NCBI GenBank assembly: GCA_015662405.1
Contig: DQUE01000153.1
Span: 1 to 47,195 of the forward strand
Length of the DNA: 47,195 nt
From: Sulfurimonas autotrophica
GTDB lineage: Bacteria > Campylobacterota > Campylobacteria > Campylobacterales > Sulfurimonadaceae
Direction: 5' to 3'
Of the stretch, positions 40,412-47,195 are shown in pieces (position 1 is the stretch's first letter; every line of letters begins with the position of its first letter). A program made the translations under genes and the position numbers. The notes under the pieces are model-generated. The model was not told the origin of the DNA and ran no database searches. It saw nothing but the letters and a program-made list of their open reading frames with translations.

Positions 40412-40960
40412 TTATTCCCCTTGCACATTCATAGCAAGCTGTGCCATTTTTTGCATATACTTTGCAACATCCTCTCTGTTTTCAAGTGTTTTTTTCAACT
40501 CATTTATAAAATACTCTTTTGTTCTTTCATCTGCAATATTAAAAGTATAGAGTACCCATTCAATGTTCAGTGCAATTTTTTCACCGTTTTTTTCTACACT
40601 AAATGTTTTATAAAGATTTACATCAGTATCTCCAAGGAGTAACAATACATCTTTGTAAAAATCGTTTACATGGAAAGTGATTAATGAAGAAAGCTCTTCT
40701 TTTGTGATTTTCACATCACTCTCATCAAAACCTTCCCTGCCGAGAATTAAAGCATCCCCGAAAAGAAGTTGTTCTCCTATAAAGTAGGGAGTTTTTTTCT
40801 CACCCAAAGCATTTGCATCTGTATAGATTACATGTTCTTTTAGGCTTGCTAATTCATCTATTAAAATAGAGTTAAAAAAGGTATAGAGACTATTTGCTGC
40901 CATGATAATATCAAGCTCTTCTACTACTTGTGTTTTGCCATCAATTCGCAATGCTTTCAT
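40412..40960 (-). CDS. Hypothetical protein coupled to moeA
   Basis: 182-aa ORF with ATGA overlap to the moeA stop; no motif recognised with confidence. Confidence 0.65.
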   Translation of the reverse strand: MKALRIDGKTQVVEELDIIMAANSLYTFFNSILIDELASLKEHVIYTDANALGEKKTPYFIGEQLLFGDALILGREGFDESDVKITKEELSSLITFHVNDFYKDVLLLLGDTDVNLYKTFSVEKNGEKIALNIEWVLYTFNIADERTKEYFINELKKTLENREDVAKYMQKMAQLAMNVQGE

Positions 40961-42186
40961 GCAAAAGTATCCAGCAAAATTACATTGACAAAGGTGCCGG
41001 CTTCTAAAAATTTATCATCTTCACCAGCTATCATTAAAGCGCTCTCATCAAGCAGATTTGTCAAAATTGCAGAACTTCCTACTTTTTTTCCGTAAAAATT
41101 GACAAAATATTCGCCATCCTCCACGACAACATTACATGCAGTAAATTCTGTAAAAGGGCTTCTTTTTTTAAAATCTTCTTGCAGTTTTGCCGCAACCGTT
41201 TTATAAGGAGTTTTTTTCCCAAGCATTTTAGCAATGAGTGGTAAAACATATAAAATTGCTGTCACTGTTGAAGAGTAAGCAAACCCTGGAAGTGCCACAA
41301 TAAATTTATCTCCACGCTGTGCCACAAGAATATGACGCCCTGGTTTAATGCCCACCCCTTTATAAACTATCTCTGCACCCAAACGAGGAATAATCTCTTT
41401 TACAAAATCATAATCACCAACACTTACCCCGCCAGTACTTACCAAGATATCTGCACTCTCAAGTGCATTCTCAAATGTTTTCATAATGGCATCTCTCTCA
41501 TCAGGAGCAGTGCCAAGTTGCACAACTTCTGCTCCTGATTGCTCAAAAAGTGCTGCAAGCGTATAGTTATTTGAACTTCTTATTTGCGCAGGATTCTCTG
41601 CATTTTCACCTAAATCAAGAATCTCATTTCCTGTTGCAATAACAGCTACACGAGGACGCAGTGCTACTTTTACCATAACTTGATTGAGCCCTGCCATTAC
41701 GCCAATTTGTGCAAAACCGATTTTTGTACCTTTTTTAATCAATACCTCACCAGCACTATAGCCCTCCCCAACGGGACGTACGGCATTACCTTTTTCTACC
41801 AATTCATTGATGAGAATTTTACCGTCCTTATAAGTAACATTTTCTATCTGAATGAGCGTATCACTCCCCTTGGGCATCATAGAACCTGTAAAAGTCTTGA
41901 TAGATTCACCCGCAGCTAATACTCGTGTTTCATCATGCCCTGCTGGATTATCGCCAAGCACTACAAGTTCACCTTTTTGTAAATCTTCATAACGCACAGC
42001 ATACCCGTCCATTGAAGCTGTAGGAAATTGAGGATCATTAAATTCTGCCACAATATCCTCTGCCAAAACACGCCCAAGAGAATCACTCAAAGGAACTCTC
42101 TCATAACGATGACTATTTACATGTAAACCTGCAAGTATATTTTGACTTTCCGCAAAAGAGATAAAGTCTGTTCCAGTTATACTCAT
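40957..42186 (-). CDS. moeA: Molybdopterin molybdotransferase
   Basis: GRVLAED, SMDGYA, TG.E, SN, TGGVSVGD.D, KPG, LPG. Confidence 0.95.
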   Translation of the reverse strand: MSITGTDFISFAESQNILAGLHVNSHRYERVPLSDSLGRVLAEDIVAEFNDPQFPTASMDGYAVRYEDLQKGELVVLGDNPAGHDETRVLAAGESIKTFTGSMMPKGSDTLIQIENVTYKDGKILINELVEKGNAVRPVGEGYSAGEVLIKKGTKIGFAQIGVMAGLNQVMVKVALRPRVAVIATGNEILDLGENAENPAQIRSSNNYTLAALFEQSGAEVVQLGTAPDERDAIMKTFENALESADILVSTGGVSVGDYDFVKEIIPRLGAEIVYKGVGIKPGRHILVAQRGDKFIVALPGFAYSSTVTAILYVLPLIAKMLGKKTPYKTVAAKLQEDFKKRSPFTEFTACNVVVEDGEYFVNFYGKKVGSSAILTNLLDESALMIAGEDDKFLEAGTFVNVILLDTFA

Positions 42187-42629
42187 TGTTTTTCTCCTAA
42201 AATTCCACTTCCATTTATTGCCGTTGAACGCTCTTTTGCATAAACTCTTTTACCATCTTTTAAATCATATTTCCATATAGGAGCAGATGCTTTGAAATCT
42301 TCTACAAATGCATCAATAAACTCCAAAGCAACCCGTCTTTTTGGTGAAAAAACAGCTGCAATATAAGAAGATGCATGGAGCATCACATCACCACGAGAGT
42401 GTGCCATTTTTATCACAGCACCCCTCTCTTTTGCTTTTTGCTGCCATAACGCAAACCATGACTGTAAAATCGGTTCATATATATCAAAACTCAGTCCATC
42501 TATGCCATCTTCACTCCGTACTGTTCCCACAAAAGAAATAAAAGCACCATAGTTACTTGTTGCCTCTTCTTCATGCCACTCTTTTAAAATTTTAGGCACA
42601 TCAAGTGAGCCATCTTGTAAATATAGCAA
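42183..42629 (-). CDS. moaE: Molybdopterin synthase catalytic subunit
   Basis: GA..SFVGTVR, H.RG, FKASAPIWK. Confidence 0.93.
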   Translation of the reverse strand: MLYLQDGSLDVPKILKEWHEEEATSNYGAFISFVGTVRSEDGIDGLSFDIYEPILQSWFALWQQKAKERGAVIKMAHSRGDVMLHASSYIAAVFSPKRRVALEFIDAFVEDFKASAPIWKYDLKDGKRVYAKERSTAINGSGILGEKQ

Positions 42630-42632
42630 GAC

Positions 42633-42854
42633 TTAACCTCCACACACAGGAGGGAGTAAAGAGACTTTATCGCCATCTTTAAGTTCATACTCCAAAGAGG
42701 TAACAATAGTATCATTTACTGCTACTGCACAAGTTGCAAGCCACTCTTTTAGCGCTTCATCTTTTTGCAAAATAGTTGCTAATTCATTAAGGTTTGTTAT
42801 TTCTAACGCTAATGCATCCTTTTGTATCGGTCCTAAAAATTCTACTCTTACCAA
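42633..42854 (-). CDS. moaD: Molybdopterin synthase sulfur carrier
   Basis: AVAVN, LKDGD.V.LLPPVCGG C-terminal GG. Confidence 0.93.
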   Translation of the reverse strand: MVRVEFLGPIQKDALALEITNLNELATILQKDEALKEWLATCAVAVNDTIVTSLEYELKDGDKVSLLPPVCGG

Positions 42855-42919
42855 AACAATATCCTCACATTTTTATAACTCATTATACCTAAGATAAGCT
42901 AAGTGCTGTATAATTGCAT

Positions 42920-43570
42920 ATGATTTTTGGAAAAATAGAGTATCTCAACCTTTTACCTTTTCATGTTTTTATGAAACGCTTTACAAAGTCTTCACAGCAA
43001 CAATTCAGCATGGAATACAAAAAAAATGTTCCTGCAAAGATTAATGAATCTTTTCTTAAAAGACGCGTAGATGCCGCATTTATCTCAAGTATCAAAGCAA
43101 AAAACAGCTCTCATGTAAATCTTGGTATCATTGCAAAAAAAGAGGTCAAAAGTGTTATAGTTATTCCTGCAGCAATAGCTAAAAAAGATGTAGCATCTGC
43201 TTCATCTAATCTCTTGGCAAATCTTTTACATGTAAAGGGTGAGGTGCTTATAGGGGACAAGGCGCTTCGCTATGCATTGCAAAATGATGATTATCTAGAT
43301 TTGGCACAGCTGTGGTATAAAAAATACAAACTCCCTTTTGTATTTGCACTGTTATGCTATCACAAGGAAAAAAAACGCTACAAACAGATAGAAAAAAGTT
43401 TCTTAAAAAAAGAGGTAAAAATTCCGCACTATCTCCTCCACAAAGCTGCAAAAAATGCAAATATTTCTCCAAATGATATACAACAATATCTACAACTCAT
43501 ATCATACAGACTTGATTATAAAGCCAAAAGAGGCCTTAAAAAATTCTACTCTGAGGCAAAAAAGTTATAA
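42920..43570 (+). CDS. mqnA: Chorismate dehydratase MqnA (futalosine menaquinone pathway)
   Basis: GKIEYLNLLPF, P..IN, ISS, SASS, LIGDKAL, DLA..W....LPFVFA. ATG 42920. Confidence 0.88.
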   Translation: MIFGKIEYLNLLPFHVFMKRFTKSSQQQFSMEYKKNVPAKINESFLKRRVDAAFISSIKAKNSSHVNLGIIAKKEVKSVIVIPAAIAKKDVASASSNLLANLLHVKGEVLIGDKALRYALQNDDYLDLAQLWYKKYKLPFVFALLCYHKEKKRYKQIEKSFLKKEVKIPHYLLHKAAKNANISPNDIQQYLQLISYRLDYKAKRGLKKFYSEAKKL

Positions 43571-43760
43571 CAATTACATTTTTCCACCCAAATAATCTGC
43601 CACATGTATATGCCATTAAGAGTTCTTCTTAGGTGCTCCATGGTTTTGTAAGTAGCGTTCCTGTTTTTATCGTTTGTATTAAATTTTCTTATGGCTTTAT
43701 ATTAGCCTAATAACTCTTTTTGAAATGATAAGTTATCGGACATAAAATTAAAACTCATTC

Positions 43761-44984
43761 TTATTGTATTTTATTTAAAAAAAGCACACTGTTACCTTTG
43801 GAATTAAAATATATTCCCATAGAGTTCTTACGAGAAACAAAAACACCACGACCATTAAATTTTTTAGCATTTCTAAAGATCGTACTTAAGGTGTTCGTAT
43901 CAAACCCACTCCCTTCATCGGTAATTCGTGTAACCATATAGCTAGAAGAGCGATTGATTATTTTATAAATTTGTACAGTAATCTTTTTGTCACACTCTTT
44001 TTCAAGTGCAAGCATTTCTTCAATATATGTATCATCTTCAATCATCCGATGTTTTTTATCTGAATCAATATTCAAATTACCATGTTCATATGCATTCATC
44101 AAAAGTTCATTAAAAGCAAGATCACTCCATCTGTTTTGACAAATATTTTCATACCACTCTCTTGCTTCATCTATGGCAGCTAGTCTTGTATCAAAAATCT
44201 TTTCATACACTAATGTTTTTTGATTAAGTTCCAATCTATTGATAAATATAAAAGTAAGATCATCCTCTTGTTGCGCTATTTTACCTAAAATATACTCTCT
44301 CATCTCTTCTCTTGTAAAGGAGTCTAAAAAATCCTTTTTTATAAAATCATTATAGGTCTTTGCATCTTTGGTGCTGTTCTCAACGATACCATCACTGTAA
44401 AAAAGAAATTTATGCACATCCTTTACAGAGACTCTATCAACATGGTATGTTTTACTCCATTTACTCATAGGAGGATTATTTGCTTTTATTTTTAAAATAT
44501 TGTGATTACTCTCTTCAAGTAAAAAAGGAGGCATAGAAAACTTTGCATACTCTAATTGTAAAAAGTAACTATCAAACAAAATATAATCAATAGATAAGCT
44601 CTCTTCATCAAGCAAAATAGGCTTTATAAAATCCATAGACTCTTTTATAAGGATATCAAGACTAAAACTCTCATGCTCTTTCATTTTATCTATGATGTGG
44701 TTTATAAAAGCAGTCATAGTCATAGCTGTCAAAGATGCGCTAAGCCCTTTACCCATACCATCAACAAGGAGATAAAAAGTTCTATTTTCATCAATTACTC
44801 TTGCTGTATAAGCATCTCCACTCAGTGTATCAAGAGGCTTATAAAAAAAATCAACCAAAGAGATATCTTTTGATTCTATCATCTTATAATAGAAATCATT
44901 CCTTAAAATATTTAACTCTTTTTCAAAAGCAAGCCTCTCTTGATATAAAGAATATGCACTTTTCTTCTCTTTTTTCATAGCCAA
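43761..44984 (-). CDS. SpoIIE/PP2C phosphatase fused to anti-sigma-type HATPase (Ser kinase) domain
   Basis: LSGD.Y, VDGMGKG..A, YSDGIVE, EDDLT; then ELLMNAYEHGN, DEGSGF, GRGV. Confidence 0.85.
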   Translation of the reverse strand: MAMKKEKKSAYSLYQERLAFEKELNILRNDFYYKMIESKDISLVDFFYKPLDTLSGDAYTARVIDENRTFYLLVDGMGKGLSASLTAMTMTAFINHIIDKMKEHESFSLDILIKESMDFIKPILLDEESLSIDYILFDSYFLQLEYAKFSMPPFLLEESNHNILKIKANNPPMSKWSKTYHVDRVSVKDVHKFLFYSDGIVENSTKDAKTYNDFIKKDFLDSFTREEMREYILGKIAQQEDDLTFIFINRLELNQKTLVYEKIFDTRLAAIDEAREWYENICQNRWSDLAFNELLMNAYEHGNLNIDSDKKHRMIEDDTYIEEMLALEKECDKKITVQIYKIINRSSSYMVTRITDEGSGFDTNTLSTIFRNAKKFNGRGVFVSRKNSMGIYFNSKGNSVLFLNKIQ

Positions 44985-44987
44985 GAA

Positions 44988-46964
44988 CTACACTTTAAAC
45001 TTACTAAGCTCATTTTTCATACTATCTGCATCTTTTGAGAGTGTTAATACGACTGTTTCTATAGTAGTACGTAATCCATTGTTTTTCCTAGAAACAACTA
45101 CAATCTCATCCATAGTTGTAACTAACTCTTTTGTTTTTGTTGCTATATATATACTTTGATGCATAACATCTGCTGAACTCTCTTTTGTTAGACGCAGATT
45201 CTCTTTTGTGCTGTTTGAAGCTTCTATTAACTCTTGTGCAGATGCAGAGATATGATCCATACTTTCTGATGTACTTTGTGTCTCCTCAGCAATTTCAACG
45301 ACATTTTGCGTAATAAGATTCACATTTACACTAATTTCACCTAAAGATTTTTGTGTTCTCTCTGCTAGTTTTCTTACCTCATCAGCAACAACAGCAAATC
45401 CTCGTCCATGTTCTCCTGCTCGAGCAGCCTCTATAGCCGCATTAAGTGCAAGCAGATTTGTCTGATCTGCAATATCTGAAATAATTGCCAAAACATCTTT
45501 AATATTTTTTGCCTGCTCTGTCAGTTCACCAACTTTTTGCACTAACCCTTGTTGCTGTTCACTACCCTCTTCTATAGAATGCACCACATGACTGAGTTTC
45601 TCTATAAATTCCTCTAAAAATTTGGAAGTTGTCTGCAGATCTTCTGTCACAGTAACGGTAGCCTCTTCAACACGATCTAATTTATTTTCTATATCTACAG
45701 CTAGCTCATTGACAACATTAATTTTATTCTCCTCAATCTCACTATTTGCTTTAAGGGCAATGACAACATTATGCAGTCTTTCTGATTCACTTTGTGTTCT
45801 ATTTGAAACATCTGTTACATTAAATAGCGTCTTTTTAAAAGCATTGACCATTGCATGTAAAGCTTTGGAGATTTGAGAAATTTCACTATCTCCTTTCACT
45901 ATCACATCGCATGTGAGATCAAGGTCATTGGAGACACATTTAATTTTTTTTAAAGAGCTCTGCACGCTTTTGTTTACACCTCTACTGATTGTCAGAATAA
46001 TGATGAAAATCATAACTGCAAAGAGAGTATAGCCTACTAAAGCAATAGCTGTATCTGTTTTATACTTTGATTCTACTTTTGCCAAGATCTCATCATTATT
46101 TTTTGCAAGTTTATCATCTATCTGTTTTAAAAGATTTATCTTCTTTGTAATTGTTTGAAACCAGACAACGCTATCTACTCCAAAATTACCTTCATTTACT
46201 TTCTCCTGTGCAGTTTGTCTCATTTTATTTACTGCTTCTACAACAGGGGATTGTATCGTAGTTTTATACAGCTGTTTTGCCTTGTTAGTTGCCATTGTCA
46301 AAAATGCATCTATATATGCATCTTGTTGTGCAACAAGAGTAATAAACTTGGCATACATTCCTGGCATAAATTTATCTGCTGCAAAAGTAGCACTAAGTAC
46401 TGCTCGTTCTATTCCTGCTCTCTCCTTTGATTTTAAAAAGTTCGTATATGCATCAAGTGCTTTTATCAACTCCGGAGTAGCTGCAAATTTTGCACTTAAG
46501 CCGATAATGTTTAAGATCTTTGTATTTAAGCTTGTATAAAAAGCAACTTCCTCTTTTACACTTATACTCAAACTATCTACTCGACTTCTTACGCTCTTAA
46601 CCTTGCCTAAAAATGCTTGCAGTTTTTGAATCTCTTCTTGTAGTTCCTGAGAAAACTCATGGAAATCAAGTGTTGCAAGGTACTCTTGAAGCTCCTTGTT
46701 TCTTTTATCTGTAAGGACTCTTTGCTTTGGTAAAATATCTGCAAATTTTTTCCCTTTAGAGCCTAAAAAACCAGCACTTGCACCTCGCTCCTTTTGTGTT
46801 TCATGAATTAAAAGGCTTAGTTTTTGAGACATTGTATTTAAAACTTTTGACTGTTGCACTATACTATCTTCTTGAAGAGCCTTATTGATAGTCAATGCAA
46901 TAATAACCAATGCAAAAGAGACAATAATCACCGTAATAAGGTTCAATTTGCTTTTAATAGTCAT
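44988..46964 (-). CDS. Methyl-accepting chemotaxis protein with NIT (nitrate/nitrite-sensing) domain
   Basis: HETQKERG.S and [12 protein letters not shown] motifs between two TMs; [38 protein letters not shown]. Confidence 0.93.
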   Translation of the reverse strand: MTIKSKLNLITVIIVSFALVIIALTINKALQEDSIVQQSKVLNTMSQKLSLLIHETQKERGASAGFLGSKGKKFADILPKQRVLTDKRNKELQEYLATLDFHEFSQELQEEIQKLQAFLGKVKSVRSRVDSLSISVKEEVAFYTSLNTKILNIIGLSAKFAATPELIKALDAYTNFLKSKERAGIERAVLSATFAADKFMPGMYAKFITLVAQQDAYIDAFLTMATNKAKQLYKTTIQSPVVEAVNKMRQTAQEKVNEGNFGVDSVVWFQTITKKINLLKQIDDKLAKNNDEILAKVESKYKTDTAIALVGYTLFAVMIFIIILTISRGVNKSVQSSLKKIKCVSNDLDLTCDVIVKGDSEISQISKALHAMVNAFKKTLFNVTDVSNRTQSESERLHNVVIALKANSEIEENKINVVNELAVDIENKLDRVEEATVTVTEDLQTTSKFLEEFIEKLSHVVHSIEEGSEQQQGLVQKVGELTEQAKNIKDVLAIISDIADQTNLLALNAAIEAARAGEHGRGFAVVADEVRKLAERTQKSLGEISVNVNLITQNVVEIAEETQSTSESMDHISASAQELIEASNSTKENLRLTKESSADVMHQSIYIATKTKELVTTMDEIVVVSRKNNGLRTTIETVVLTLSKDADSMKNELSKFKV

Positions 46965-46967
46965 ATC

Positions 46968-47195
46968 TTACGCCTTTTTCACCTGAAAGAGTGAAACAAG
47001 ATTCAAATCTTCAAAGAGTTCCATAAGCTGTTCATCACCAACAGTAATTGATAAATCAATATTGTCTTTTAAAACAATTTTATTCAAATACCCAATCACA
47101 GATGATATAATGGAGATAGAATCTACTATATGTAAAAGAATACTTTTTTGCGTTTTTATCATTTCATCAATTGTTGCTTTTATCTCTTGATAATC
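46968..47195 (-). CDS. STAS-like anti-sigma-factor antagonist (5' end outside the window)
   Basis: Frame open to the window edge: DYQEIKATIDEMIKTQ...VDSISIISSVIGYL...LMELFEDLNLVSLF, resembling the STAS 'D......SS.LG.L...lf...l...f' pattern. Confidence 0.6.
   Translation of the reverse strand, partial: DYQEIKATIDEMIKTQKSILLHIVDSISIISSVIGYLNKIVLKDNIDLSITVGDEQLMELFEDLNLVSLFQVKKA

Noticed and set aside
43575-43670. CsrB-like sRNA (GGA motifs on the minus strand)
   Set aside because: Only about three GGA motifs, not in repeated hairpin loops.
1-47195. CRISPR arrays, tRNA/rRNA, IS elements, prophage, long poly-G phase-variable tracts
   Set aside because: None seen on reading; short elements could be missed without tRNAscan, Infernal or repeat searches.

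Overview
AT-rich chromosomal window from a Campylobacterota (epsilonproteobacterial) genome, most like Sulfurimonas. This is inferred from protein sequences, extended -10 promoters, the mqnA futalosine pathway and the lack of rpmD/adk in the spc operon. Core content: partial hemJ, trpS, hemB-argF-purK-purE, hpf, the S10-spc ribosomal cluster ending at secY-map-infA (alpha operon not adjacent), rnhB, moaD-moaE-moeA and mqnA. Accessory or poorly understood blocks: (1) an envelope cluster with a CsgG-TPR lipoprotein, three LPP20-like lipoproteins, a TraF-like barrel and an acidic lipoprotein; (2) an MSHA-like minor-pilin/tip-adhesin quartet whose first gene has an orphaned signal peptide; (3) a Crp/Fnr regulator with a perfect palindrome in front of three small heat-shock proteins, one carrying a Sec signal peptide, followed by a spore-photoproduct-lyase-like radical SAM gene; (4) a four-gene module of Cache histidine kinase, REC-EAL protein, porin and mini periplasmic binding protein that may be a trans-envelope signalling system; (5) a STAS / NIT-chemoreceptor / PP2C-HATPase partner-switch operon. 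A candidate sRNA with C/U-rich loops lies downstream of hpf. No rRNA, tRNA, CRISPR array, transposase or integrase was seen. Family assignments come from motif recognition by eye, not from database searches.
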